In this document: one piece after another, positions 13,758 through 26,700 of the stretch
Layout of the letters: each line of letters opens with the position of its first letter
Numbering within the stretch: the stretch's first letter is position 1
Assembly: GCF_964204645.1 (NCBI RefSeq)
Contig: NC_134028.1
Coordinates: 26,594,345 to 26,658,344 of the forward strand
DNA: 64,000 nucleotides
Source: Tubulanus polymorphus
Taxonomy: Eukaryota > Animalia > Nemertea
Reading direction: 5' to 3'
Notes under the pieces: model-generated
What the model was told of the DNA's origin: nothing
The model's database searches: none
What the model saw: the letters and a program-made list of their open reading frames with translations, nothing else
Made by a program: the position numbers and the translations under genes

Positions 13758-14368
13758 TTGGCTGAGAGTCTCAGTGTGGTTACCATAGCTGTAATGACCA
13801 GTCCACTCAAGATTTCTTGTGAAAAGAAAGACTCATTCTAAATTCCAAAAGTGACGAGGGGAGGCGACTATTTTTTCTTTGAAATGGGAAAGTCAACGAC
13901 CTTGCAGGATGGAAAGCACATCGTTACCGAAATGCTCACGTGCCACAGTAACGAGTAGCGACGGTGAAAATACATTTCGATCGAATTAGTTCGTATGTAG
14001 TAGATTGAATCTAACTACGCTTCGTGACAGAAAACGTCGGATTGGATTCGGTGTGAAAATTACCCTGAATATAGTGTGTGAGAAAGGAAGCCCACGTTCA
14101 TTTCACGTTCAAGACGAGGCCAAGCATATCATTAATCATATGAAATTCTTTATTCGTTAATAATTTGAGAAATTATGGATGGATTTTAATACAATTTGAG
14201 AATAAAAACCGATAAACTAACGACACCTGGTTGATCCCAGCGGAATCCTCGACTGCCACAGTTGAACCTCGTTTTCTATGTATGGTGTTGAGCCGATGGC
14301 GCTAGTTACTCGCGCAGATAGAGACAAGTTTATCGGAGTTAAACAGTCGTAAATTCGCGTTTCGAAGC

Positions 14369-16534
14369 ATGTTTTATTTATGTCTTTATCTTTTGGCTGT
14401 TGTTATGATTCAAGTTGAAACTGCACCTATAGGTAAGCTGTTGTCTTCTCTTTTCGATAGCACTTTTTCATTTTTGCCGTGTTCTAAACTTCCACCTCGC
14501 TCCACGCTATAAAAAACGTTGCTTTCTGTCGAGATTGATTGTTCCACGAATGCTTTCATATAATATCTATATATTGATATAATCTGTGTCGACATATATA
14601 AATTGAATAATATCTGGAGTAGATATTTTGGGTGTTGTTACTGAGCGAAGCAAAATGCCTGGCTCCAATTTTCCAATGTATGCGATATGAATTTTTTTCT
14701 GGTCTGAAATTCACACGTTTTAATGTTAGTTTTCACTCACATGTACTCAAGAACTGTCATCAGATCATGAAAGGTATCATCATCATTTTGTGAGCGTTTT
14801 CACTATACTTGTTTACCACCAACTACATTCGTAATTAGGGTCCCCATCGCGCTCCGTTGGGAAGTGGTTTGACATGCTCAACAAACGGAAAATGTCAATA
14901 TTCAATTTATCATATCAATAAAGCAATGACCTTAACACTCACCACAATCATAGAACATGTCACTAGCTACAATTATGCAATTGATTGTGGTTACAAAATA
15001 TGCCTGGGTACCAACACAATATGAAAATGATAAGATTCGGCTAATCAACGCCCCCTGGTGACCATAAACAACAACTAATGGCCTGGAAACTCTTCACAAT
15101 CATAGAACATTTGTCATGAGCTACAATTCTGTAATTTTTATGGTAGCAAAATAAAGGTACAGATCTCGGAATTCAGGGCAAAAACTACCTTTTCGGGCAC
15201 AAAAAAACTCTCATGATCGACCCAATTTCTCTCATGCTAACGCACCATAGAAGGATACAAACACATGTGAAAGATCAAGATTATTGATCAAAGCGTTTTT
15301 AAAATTTCCCTTGAAAACTTCACAATGTGTAAAAAGTGCAGATTTTGGCGAACACCAATGGCTGCCAGTCGGCCATCTTAATTCTGACCGGGCCAGTTTT
15401 CGGGCAGAAGACCACGATATTGAAGTCAGACTAATACCCTAATGAGTCTATCTAACAACGTCCCCAGAGAGACATGCATATTCAATGTTTATTTCAAAAT
15501 CATATTTTATTCAAAATGTTGGATGATTAAATCGACAAATAGCCGATACTAATTGAACATAAAGCCAGCAGCAAATTGAGTTAACAAGGTATCGAAACGA
15601 GTTTACAAAGTATTCATGGATTCCTAGATCTATAGCTTCAATCTCATTCAACTGTTGCGAAAGAAGTCAAACCTGTTTATAGTATTATCTTAGTTTGTTT
15701 TTACAATGGTTTTATATTACTAAATCAAACATAAAATCGTTCTCGATAATGATATATTTGTTTCTAGATGCGTGTGGACCCCAAAAACGACTCAGATGGA
15801 ACATAGTTGCACGGAAGGCAATGGCTGGATTCCCGAATGATTGCGTTACGGGTCTTACCATAAGACAGTGTATTGATTCATGTGCGACTTTCACGAAGTT
15901 CCTCTGTAGATCTGCTGATTATCACCAATTATCACAAAGCTGTTGTATTCAACCAGAAAGTCGATTTACTAAGCCACATTTGTTTGAAGACTGGCCAGAA
16001 CATCATTTAATAGATTGGAACTGTGAAAGTACAAATAAGTTAGGTTTGTATGCATCTGTTCAGCCTTACTGCCTGTAGGTCCAGCCTATGAGCCTCACTG
16101 AGATAATTGTTCGTAGATTAAACCAACGGGGCACAAATAAGCGCTGTCGTGTGTTCCTTTTCCACGCGAATACGTCCTTTGTATTATTTGTCTATGGTAA
16201 CAAGCAAAAACAATTTACGTAACTTGTAATTTTGAAATCACCATATATATCATATATTGTAGATTTCATGAAAAATGCTGCTTCCAAGAATCTACCTTCA
16301 CCTGACATCAATCCACTAGAACCAGTAACAACATCGAGGTCCCAAATTCGCTGTAGCTTGAAATGTCTACGGAATCGTGAATGTGATTTGTTCGTCATTA
16401 GACGACATAATAACATCTTAAAGTGTCGTTTATATAATACAGATCTGATTGCCGATGATAAATGGCAACAAGCGACTGATGAAATCATCTATAAAGACAA
16501 ATCTAGATTCAGATATTCTAGATTCAGATTCTAG
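14369..16534 (+). CDS. Secreted protein with two PAN/Apple-like domains (3 exons: 14369-14432, ~15768-16042, ~16263-16534)
   Basis: Exon 1 encodes signal peptide MFYLCLYLLAVVMIQVETAPI with a phase-1 GTAAG donor. Exon 2 has the PAN pattern CIDSCATFTKFLCRSADYHQLSQSCCI. Exon 3 has SQIRCSLKCLRNRECDLF...CRLY. Confidence 0.8.
14835..15420. mobile_element. Non-autonomous repeat with internal ~60-bp duplicated core (Helentron/HINE-like), in intron 1 of the PAN gene
   Basis: Duplicated cacaatcatagaacat...gctacaatt...caaaata at ~14943 and ~15095, plus ccccctggtgacc and ggccatctt motifs. The family assignment is inferred. Confidence 0.4.
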
Positions 16535-17081
16535 ATTCCTGTGAATATTGAAATCATGTATTTATTGTTGAATTCACTATCAGGTTATGCTGTTAATTAT
16601 GCTGTCAATTTGCAGAATATTTTGTGGAATGAATTTCAATGAAGACCTTTTTCTGTAATCCATCAATACAGTGTAGAATGGATTAAAGAACGATGCTTTA
16701 GATCAACTGCCATTCCAGCTAAGCTTAAAGCTTACATCAAGGCAAACACTTTCGAATTATATAATATAATTATAATATAATAATCTCGTTTAATTTAATA
16801 TAAAGACTTGTTATTGCAATTCGTGAGGTTTATTTAATAAACAAATCTTTTTTGAATCATTTTTTTTCTTATTTCATATCACAATTTTCCTTCAGCAGGA
16901 TTTTTTTTCCAAAAACGGAATTTCTTACTCTAACGGGCCTTCGCCAAACGGTGGATATTGGACGCTATTTTTTCGGAAGTGTCCAGATATTATCATTGAA
17001 AGCTCGTTTATTTACGTCTTACTCCGGGTGGTTTCACCGCGGTTCAGACATTCAATGAAACAACCCCTCAGTTCGATATTC

Positions 17082-20000
17082 TTAGTGTTGCCGGTCTATA
17101 AACTTGATGCTGATTGGTTTGTCAGGTATTGTGAATACTCTGTTTAACATGTCTACATTTCCTCTATCATATTCAATACGATATTTTTTCAGTATCTGAA
17201 AAAAGACATGGTATTCAAGCGAGCAATAACACGGTTAACGAATGCGGGTCCAAAAAACGATTTCATTTATTTGAATTCTCTTAAAATTCACTGTCAAACC
17301 CAGTATCAGATTTTATCACTTTGACTCAGAGTTGAATTCAATTCCAATGAAATGAGAACTGTGGAATTGAGTTACTCAACCCTCGAGTCAAACTAAACTA
17401 CAATCTCTGGAACCGGATTCAGTTTGACTCACCTTTAACGTAGCTAAGTATATCGCCAGTTCAGCAAATCGCCTCCCGACACACATTCTCATACCATAGC
17501 CAAACGGTAGCATCGTAAATTTCGGGACGGTCTTGTTGATCGTGTTCTTCAACCATCTTTCTGGTTTGAAGAGAAGAGGCTCGTCGAAATAGGCGTCGTC
17601 TTGGAGTATGGTCTGGTTGTTCATTGCGACGATCGTCTGCCAACAAAGACATCAATACTTCTAAAACATGTAGAGTTTGTAAAATCATGAGTCCGCGGTG
17701 CTTCTTACCCCCTTCGGTATACTGTATCCAGAGAGTACGAGGTCCGTTTCTAGAATTCTTGTCGTTCCACCTTCGATTGGAAAGTTCAATCTAAAAATTC
17801 AATGAAATTCAATCACCGCAAAATGATTCTTGCTTTATTCGAACTTTAAAAACGGATCTCAACGCCACAGACTATTTCTGTTGTCATTTATTATCTAAAA
17901 CTATTACCGAAATGATTCTTTAAGGCAGGCTTTCAAGAACGGCATATTTGCTATATTCTCGTCCGTTATTACAACATCTATTCGACCACGGGTTACAGTC
18001 TGTATTTCAGTGTATAATTTATTTTGTTCTTCGGGATGACGAGCTAAATTATACAGGAAAAATGCCATCGATCCAGCAACCTGTAGGGAACAACAGAAAT
18101 ATATAAGCGAATTGTAACGGTCACTAACGGCCACTGAAGTCTCCACACGCCTCAGATCTCGCTGGACCCAATAAAATTCTCTCAAGGTATACGCAAATTT
18201 TTGGGCAGACGGAGCATGGATGGGTCGCTATTACGTTGAGTTGGAGTATAAGAAAATGTGTGTATTTTGTTCGGGGCACGCGATATTCTAAGAAAATCGG
18301 AAATGGAATGTTTGCCACGTCTCCCTACGCACTGGGGAGACAGGGGGTTTGAAATTGGCAAAATCTGTACATAAACTGGCTCCATTCTTCCTAGGAAAGT
18401 GAGCATTTCAATCCGTACATTATTATGAAAGATCCCATCATCAAAAACAATGTAACGAGTGTAATAATCGACTCTTACGGAATCAATTCCAGCTCGAAAT
18501 AAATCGAGTAAAATCACGTTTATTTGTTCGACGCTTAGTTTTCCGGTTGCTATCAGCGAATGAAGTAGATTTGGATTGTGTTGAATTGATGAGTCTTGTA
18601 TCAGCGATGGATCGCTCTCGACCTCCTTCCAGGCATTTTCGATATATTTTGTAGATATTCTAGAAAGGAGAATATCAATCTATACATTACATTTATTCAA
18701 GAGTTCAGAGAGTCAGAGCTAATTGAAGATGTCTTGCAGCCATCTAATTTCCCGTAGTTCCCTAGTTGGTATCAAGTCCAAAAGTGGTATTAAATCTTAA
18801 AACTGGTTCAAAACTTATAGATTAGCCAATGAACTAGATGGTCTCAAGTCTATGACAATGGAACCCGCCCTTGATTATCGTTAGCATGTATGACACAAGT
18901 CTCCCCAGCACTTGTTGACGAACAAACTACGGCGTCACACGTCCAGGCCTATAGAATTCCTTCTGAGGGCATCCATATCATATCAACCCCTACGTATAGC
19001 TATGCTCTCTGCCTTTTCTTTCTCTGCCGATTCGTCCTCTCTCCAATCACCCCCTTCTCCAAACAAACAGTATCTATACCTGTTACATTCAGTGTAACTC
19101 CTCACGTATTGTTTATACATCGGGGTCCTGACAAAGTAGAACAACGGAAATGCAAACGCAGTTTTCTGAACTGATTCAAAAACGTCTCGAGTAGCATTTG
19201 CCATCAAATTGGCGTCGGAATCTGCGGGAATCTGATCGGCCAGACATCCGATCCTTTTATTAAAACATATCACTCCGTTATCTGAAAACGACGAGAAATA
19301 TACAAGTTAGTTAAAGTTACAAGTTTTCACTTGTCCTCACAAGGTTTGCTTCCACAAGACCGAGGTAAGCCTCGTTCTATTGGTCTAGTGGTTAGCACGC
19401 TTTCTTGTGAGTGCGCGTAATTTCAGTGCTCAGTGCTCATCGTCGTCACAGACGAAACGGAGGCCTGGAAAGGCCTATAGGCGTTCAGCTCATTTTGCAA
19501 CTATAAGCAATTCGTTGACAGGAATCATCGAATTGCGAAATAGTACATGATAGAAATGTTAATAAAATGTGTTCTCTCCCACCTTCCTGATGCCTCATTA
19601 AGGAGTTATAATGCCATGTTTCCAGAGCTTACATTCGGTTGCATATTTCAACAGTTTTTCGTGAATGTCATCAACATTGTTGTTTTCGTTTCGGCTGTTG
19701 CCTAACAACCTTACAAAATCGTCCGCAACATTATTTTCATTGGGCAGATAGATCGATGCCGCTTTAGGATGCATCAATAATTTCTGTACAGCCATTCGAT
19801 AACTACGCCATTCTTCGCCATTTCTGTATATTGGAAACATTGAAAAAATAATATTCATTTTGAATATCCGTAAAATTAGTGGGCAATCACCGTATATGAG
19901 GCGGCTTGCCATTGAGAGGGTTTGAGCTCGTTAGTACCCCCAGTGTCCGAGACAGACGTTCTGCTGATTCGCCCAGGCTTACCAACATTATTCACTTAAA

Positions 20001-20824
20001 GCTCCCCCCTTTAAGGGCAAGCAGTAAAATTTGTGAATAAATAGAGAATTTACTCTCTGGTAACGAATAACTTTATGATCCATGCTCATCTATTCGGACG
20101 ATTTACTTCGAGGAAGAGGAAGTCCTTTATGATAAAAGATAAAACAAATCACCAGTTCTTATTCGAAACGACTGGAACAACTTAACTGTTACTCACAGAG
20201 ACCCGAGTCCTAGTGAAATACCATCGCGTTTATTAGCGACCACTGTTATCGGTATCGCCGGACGATTCGGGCACCTGCCTTCTGATCTAAAAACCTTCGC
20301 GAAATCTACAGGGTCGAATAGCTGTACCAGAGTGAACGGTCCGATTTTCTCGCGGTAAATTTTACCGTATTTCGCGTAATTATCTCGTTTAGCCACGTTC
20401 ATACGCTCGAATGTATAACGACCTGGAAATCATATGATAATGAATTGAGCATAAATTCGCAGAATTCCTCACATTCGAAGCTCCGGAACGATTTCTATCG
20501 CGTCCATAAGCCGGATGACACAAAACGAAAAGTCCTGTTTTTTTGCTATGAAACCAACAGGAATCATGGCCATGATTCAAACATTAAGCAGAGAAAATAC
20601 TAGGTTTTTTTAAACTAGGGAACTTGCAAATAGTTTTGTCAAGGATAAGTTCTCTGCAGTTGGGGTACAAGCACACTTATTCGTTTCTGGGGTTAATAGA
20701 GCGGTATGTAAAAGTACGTCTTACCTCGTAATATAGCTGAATACTGCCATACCGTTCCGAACAGAGGTATATCCCTGGGACCAGGGAGCTTTTTAAATGA
20801 CTTCACCGCGGCTGCTGTACACAT
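17082..20824 (-). CDS. Cytochrome P450, mitochondrial clan (CYP44/CYP10/CYP49-like), about 9 exons
   Basis: LPGPRDIPLFG, YGKIYREKIG, GEEWRSYR (WxxxR), AGIDS (I-helix), KACLKESFR (ExxR), FKPERW (PERF) and heme motif PFGYGMRMCVG. Last exon ILKKYRIEY...FIDRQH* ends at 17082. Confidence 0.92.
19368..19420 (+). mobile_element. tRNA-derived SINE fragment in a CYP intron
   Basis: A-box-like TGGTCTAGTGGTTAGCAC and a partial anticodon arm. No B box or acceptor stem. Confidence 0.45.
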
Positions 20825-21136
20825 TTCTATATACTATAGCAATACTGAGAATCTATATCCAACACATAGTGAACTCAAGGACGAACTGTGCAGTATTGCC
20901 TTCAACTGTACGTACTAAACTCCAATAACGTTCATACAATATGTATATACGTGTTAATAGAAATGTTAACAGCTGATGCAAACATCGCCCTCGCTATTCG
21001 TGACTATAATTGGCGCTTAATTCAATCCCGGCGCACATTGTCATTGGTTATATGCGATGTATCCCCTACGTTATGAAAGATTTGTTAATTTTGTTTCGCC
21101 TTACCCATCTTTTTATTTTGTTTTGGCAACATGTAC

Positions 21137-21264
21137 CAGGGACGCATATAGCACGGGGCCTAGAAACTTTGGGAAAGTGCCCTTTTCGCAAATGTTATTC
21201 TTATAAACTGCCGGATTTCTCTGCCCCCTGCCCCCCCTAAGTTCAAATGCTAGGTACGGCCCTG
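21137..21264. mobile_element. Small hAT-like MITE between the divergent CYP and GT92 genes
   Basis: Ends CAGGGACGCATATAG ... CTAGGTACGGCCCTG. Flanks ATGTAC/ATGCAT resemble a 6-bp target-site duplication (TSD). Confidence 0.5.
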
Positions 21265-21465
21265 ATGCATCAAATTATCTTCACGAGTAGCAAACATGAT
21301 TTTCTCATAAGATGGTAATATGTAAATTCATAAACTATATATAACTTTAAATATTATAATAAAAAGATTCGTAGACGACAGAGAGTGCCTTCATTTCTAC
21401 AGCAGCGCCGGTGTGTGTTTGATCGTCTGTATTAATGTGTCAACTCTGATATAGATAGGTCATTA

Positions 21466-23103
21466 ATGGCAGCCGGTGTTACTCGTAATTATAATTGCCG
21501 TTTAATTAATTTCTATGAAATGAACTTCACAAAGAATCCGAATCGCCCTAGAAAAACTCGGCCAGAGGTTCTGAAGGAAAGAGCGCATGCTCGCGTATCG
21601 CACAGGGAGGTTCGTATGGCGCCGAATACGTCCCGAATGTATTTACGCATTTTGGCGATAATCATTGTCTTAATCGTGTACTATTCGATATATTCGATTG
21701 TCGTTGAGAAACGATTGCGGGGACCGGGTCATCGCGTCGTCGTCCTATCTAATACGGAAAATGATGGGAGTCATCGTAAAAACATCCCTTCAATCGACGA
21801 CGTTACGACCGCCGCTAAACTATTCGAGATTAACGAAAAGTACCAAAATCTTCCGATTGTGAGCAAAATAGATCTGCGTAACGATAGCACGAGGGTGAAG
21901 AAACCTGGTCAAATAAATGTGAGGAAACCTGGTCGAATAAAGGTCGTGTTCAATGACGGCGTCGTTCAGAGAATAACAACTGTTTATCCGTACGAAATTC
22001 TCGAATATAACGGATGGCATCTAGTAAACGGTACAAACGATCTGAGAGTTTATTCCGGAAGTGCTTTCATTGACAATCGCTCTTCGATTAGACTATTACA
22101 TTTCTTCGCAGTAGGACACACTGACGTCACCAGAAACCGGCTTCATTGCGTGTTCTGGTTGGATAATACGTTCATCAGGAATATGACATCACCGTTAGAT
22201 GTAAAGAATATGACAGATATAACGGGCAAAGTGTTCATCGCCATATTTCTGACCTGTCCAGTTCCCGCTACAATCCTTAACACTGCGTTAACTTATGCGT
22301 CAATCGTCTACAGTCGTGACGATCAGCGTCCGATAAATATCGTAAAAATAGTTCGTCCCGATGCTGGGTATACCGTACGCGGGTCACCTCACGGAGTAGC
22401 CGTTTGTTGTCCTAATTTACCACGAGCCTCGAACCCTAAAGCGTTCGTAGTATGGGTGGAAATACTTCGTTTATTAGGCGTCACTTATATAGGAATCTAT
22501 TCGAACGCACCCTCTCGCCCGATTACAGCGACACCGTGGATTAAATACTACATCGATAAAAAGCTGATAGAATTCACGTCAATGAGGTCGCCGTTTAATT
22601 ACCCGAAAGAAAAATTCCCCCGTCGATTCGCCAAATACGCGGCCATGAACCATTGTTTCTACAAAAATATTCACAAATACAGCAAAATAATTTTCTTGAA
22701 GTTCGGTGAAGTGATCGTGCCACCACAGAGATCTCTGCGCGAAGATCCACCGGATTTGTTAAAATATTTGGATAACCATCTCACAGTCCGTTCTTTAGGG
22801 GTTCGTCTGGCCAGGAAATCGACCGGTAAAAGTTTCGTTGCCGACACCAGATTCTGCCTAGCGATAAACGATTATAAATGTTTAAGATATCGTGAATGGA
22901 GACGGTTGACAGTTGGATTGGATTCGGTATCAATCGTTTCACATTCGATTTGTAACTTCACGCGAAACGCGTGTGACGTCATCGAAGGCATAGCTCGCCT
23001 GCCAAACGTAGGATCAATTGTTAGTAAGTTCCATCCTAAATTAAAAAGTGACTTTCGTTCCCTCATGCATTACTTGCGGCGTAAAACGCAACCAAATGGA
23101 TAA
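21466..23103 (+). CDS. Glycosyltransferase family 92 (DUF23)-like type II membrane protein, intronless; DxD motif degenerate
   Basis: 545-aa ORF with a single N-terminal TM segment (ILAIIIVLIVYYSIYSIVV), a stem region, and GT92 motifs VAVCCP, WVEILRLLGVTYIGIY and AAMNHCFYKNIHKYSKIIFLKFGEVIVP. Confidence 0.8.
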   Translation: MAAGVTRNYNCRLINFYEMNFTKNPNRPRKTRPEVLKERAHARVSHREVRMAPNTSRMYLRILAIIIVLIVYYSIYSIVVEKRLRGPGHRVVVLSNTENDGSHRKNIPSIDDVTTAAKLFEINEKYQNLPIVSKIDLRNDSTRVKKPGQINVRKPGRIKVVFNDGVVQRITTVYPYEILEYNGWHLVNGTNDLRVYSGSAFIDNRSSIRLLHFFAVGHTDVTRNRLHCVFWLDNTFIRNMTSPLDVKNMTDITGKVFIAIFLTCPVPATILNTALTYASIVYSRDDQRPINIVKIVRPDAGYTVRGSPHGVAVCCPNLPRASNPKAFVVWVEILRLLGVTYIGIYSNAPSRPITATPWIKYYIDKKLIEFTSMRSPFNYPKEKFPRRFAKYAAMNHCFYKNIHKYSKIIFLKFGEVIVPPQRSLREDPPDLLKYLDNHLTVRSLGVRLARKSTGKSFVADTRFCLAINDYKCLRYREWRRLTVGLDSVSIVSHSICNFTRNACDVIEGIARLPNVGSIVSKFHPKLKSDFRSLMHYLRRKTQPNG

Positions 23104-23712
23104 TGGCTACAGGATTGCCAAAACCGATACTGATGCCTAGTCTTGCACTTGTCATATCGACCTTCAGTCGAGGTAAAAATAGTTTTAACGGCCAATATGA
23201 CGTATGTAGACAACGCATGAATTATGGGTATAATAACAAAATAACGACCTATTTGTAGATTCAATTTCTATCTAAGTGAAGTATATTCTATTGTCACTTT
23301 TACAACATTAGAAAAGAGAAATACGAGGATAATTCTGCTAAGTCACTAACCGGCAGTAAACTACAGAAACGTGGTTCACTATCTGAATCAAAACTGTTAA
23401 TGCATAATCTTCTAAAAGCTTTTGTGCTTAAAATGGCTGATCATGTTTTGTTGCCCAATTTAGATTCTGATATTAGTATATTATCTGATATTATCGATAT
23501 CGGTATTTTACATGTAGTATATTCCTTTGTACGTGGATATATCCCCCATAAAAGTTGTTTTTTTTAATAAATAGAAATAAAAAATGTATACTTAAAATCA
23601 CAATCATAAGGCTACGCATGTTGTAGGCTAAACTTATAAATAGCTCATTTTGCCAGGATTCTCGCGAATCAAAATTACTATAATAAAATGTAGATTTCGT
23701 TTCAGAACATAT

Positions 23713-26700
23713 TTAGGCCATTTCTTCTATGTACCAGTCCGGCATAAAGACGTTCGGTGAACCGCGAGGCTTCTTCTCAACAACTACCCTTCGTCTTTCA
23801 TCAGGATCAAAGCGAAACATGTAGACAACTCTGAAATAATGAAACAAAACGAACTCCCTTAAAGTGTTTTCGGTTAAGACATCACATTATACTGAAGTCG
23901 TGTAGATCTTTTAGTCCATATTTCATTTTCCAATTTACTCGAGTGTATAAGTCATCTTTTGAGAAAGTCTTCGATCGATACAATGATCGTCAACTATAAT
24001 GATCGTTTAATGACGTTATGACTGAAGAATTAGTGGAATGAAAAGCATGAAGCTTAAACTTTGTTCACAGGAATCACGATAAATATTTGCTCACTTGGGA
24101 TCATCTTCAATAACTGTTTTCTTAACGAAAGATAAGAATTCACTGTAGAAATTCATACAAACATCAGTTCTCCACGGTGGCCCGGGTGCCTCCTATAGAA
24201 TAAAGATTTAGAGAAAAAATATCTGTAAAATGACGTTCTACAATTACGTTTGATAAAGCGATATTTCTAATGCGGGTGAGGTGAACGTGTACCATCTTAG
24301 GAAGATTGTCGACTTCATATGACTGTATTCTGTCAACGATTCCATCGTCATCTCTGAATCCGCAGACGATCGTTTTTGTACCGTTTAAAAAACTCTGCGC
24401 CCACCACCTTAACAGCTTCAATCTACGGTCGATCAAAACGAAATCCGTAAATGATTATTATCAGAAAAAAATATCTAACTCGAAAGTCTATTGAAGCCTT
24501 GCAGAGATAAAACACAGATTTTCTAATATTATCGCCAACGAATGATATGATATATCTAAGTTATTTTCAATGTGTATATATCGCCAATAGACCACAGTAT
24601 TTTCAAACGCCAATAGTGATGACGTAGTACACATCGACTCACACAGAACCTCCTAAATAATGCATAGTACAATAAATAATACATTTTCAGCTCAAATTAA
24701 GTTTTATTTTCACGTGAATTTTATTTCTGGATGAAATTTACACCTGCTTTACGAAGGGACCCGGCCACCAGGATTTTATTTTTACAAATTCCCTGCATGA
24801 TCGATTCCGACCCGGCGCTCGGGGAAACAATGTATCGTTTTTTGGTCTCATGAAGGTTTAATTACAAATACACCTGCCTGTGGATATGTCTGAGTTTGTG
24901 ATGTGTTTTCAGTTCGATGTATTCATCGTGAGGTCGATCTGCCCGAGCACGACCAAAACAATCTATTTCAGCGTTGAAAACTACAAGAAAAATGTGAAAA
25001 ATCAGTTCTGGACGTCGATCAATTCATCAGATGCTGTAAGCTCAGTTAACATGTATGTATTGACTTTTAGGATGATTTTTCATGTTGTAATAAGAACAAA
25101 ACGACACTCATTACTCCCTTACTGAGTGAATGTTTTTTATTGATATCTGCTTGCATCACAGATCGGTAACATTCAGTGTTGTTGATCGGCGTCAATCGAT
25201 TTTCGGGTCTTTCTGAAAGTAAACCACAAAAACCCTTTTATTACATGCATGTGTAAAGTGTCATCTGGAACCACCACTTATTCAAATTTATCATTTTATT
25301 AGTGAGAAGTGAAGACAATCTATCTTCTTGTCTTCAACTGCACTGACAAAATGTCTAATCTCCGGGTTTGCAAAATTTTTCTGGTGAAGTCCTGAACACA
25401 CATCGAGACGATCAGAAACCGGAATGATTTAAGTTTGGAGGGGGTACCTGGTGTTGTCCTGGGACACATGTTTCGGTATTAAGGGGATGCAAGGTCTCAG
25501 CTGGTAGGTGCAGAGTTTCGACTGGTAGGTGCGGGGTCTCAGCTGAGGGAATGCAAAGCAGATCCCCGATGCCTTTGCATTTAAGTGACGCTTTGAACGA
25601 ACTTAATACGTACCATCAGTAATTTTACGCGTGACGTAATGTTCAAACTTGTGGCCCCAATAGGTATACTCATCAGACCTTTGGAAAGTGACTCCACTGT
25701 TTACTTTCTTATCAGTGGCGAATTCACATACATATAAAGTTCCATTAAACTTTGAAACACCTAATGCCCAGTCATCACTTGCATAAGGACTACACACGAT
25801 CTTGTGTAGAATTCCTCCTCCCAAACAAATAAAATCTGCCTTCAAACTAGAAACGAACAACGAAAAACATTTCGATCGATTTAACTAAATATGAAATAGA
25901 ACTCAGACTAACGTACACCTCATCACAGCCAATGATTTAATATATTGCATAATTGATAAAGAAAACGCAGGATTCGTTGTTTTTATGTATGACGGTCGTC
26001 GATATCGTTCCGTTCACGCAGATAGAGACAAGTTTATATCGGAGTTAAACTGTCGTAAATTTGCGTTTCGAAGCATGTTTTATTTTATAGTCTTTATCTT
26101 TTGGTTGTAAGTACGATTCAAGTTGAAACTGTACCTATACGTAAGTTGATTTTTCTTAATTCAATTGCACTTGTTCATCTTTGCTGTGTTATCTGTTCTG
26201 AATAAAAAACTTTTTTCCTCACTCTATGGAAACCGACGGAAAACTCGAGATTGTCGGGGCGGATTCAGGGCATATAGTGAGAGGTAGCACCTGATGAAAA
26301 GGACAGCAATTATTGCAGAGGCAACTCTCTTATATAGCTTCTTTCAACCGAAAAAAACCATATTTAGGGGCCACTGGACGTCCTCAGTTGGTACTGAATT
26401 TTTGGACAGGAAAGATTTTCGGGGACCAACTGAAAATCTAGAGGAGCGCTCCAGATGCTCCCCCGGACCCGCGCCTGGATTGTCCGCGCCACGTAATCAA
26501 TGATTTGATATAATCTGTGTCAAGACACGGTACACTAAATAATTCGTTTGGCAACTTGTAAAAAGGAATGATTAGTTTCGGATGTCATTAATATAAATGG
26601 GATTGTTTTGCACAGTTGACCGACCAACAATATTCATCAGTTCGTTTTTATTAACGGGTCAATGAGCAAACTTTTCGTTTTTGCGGTAAAATGTTTCGAA

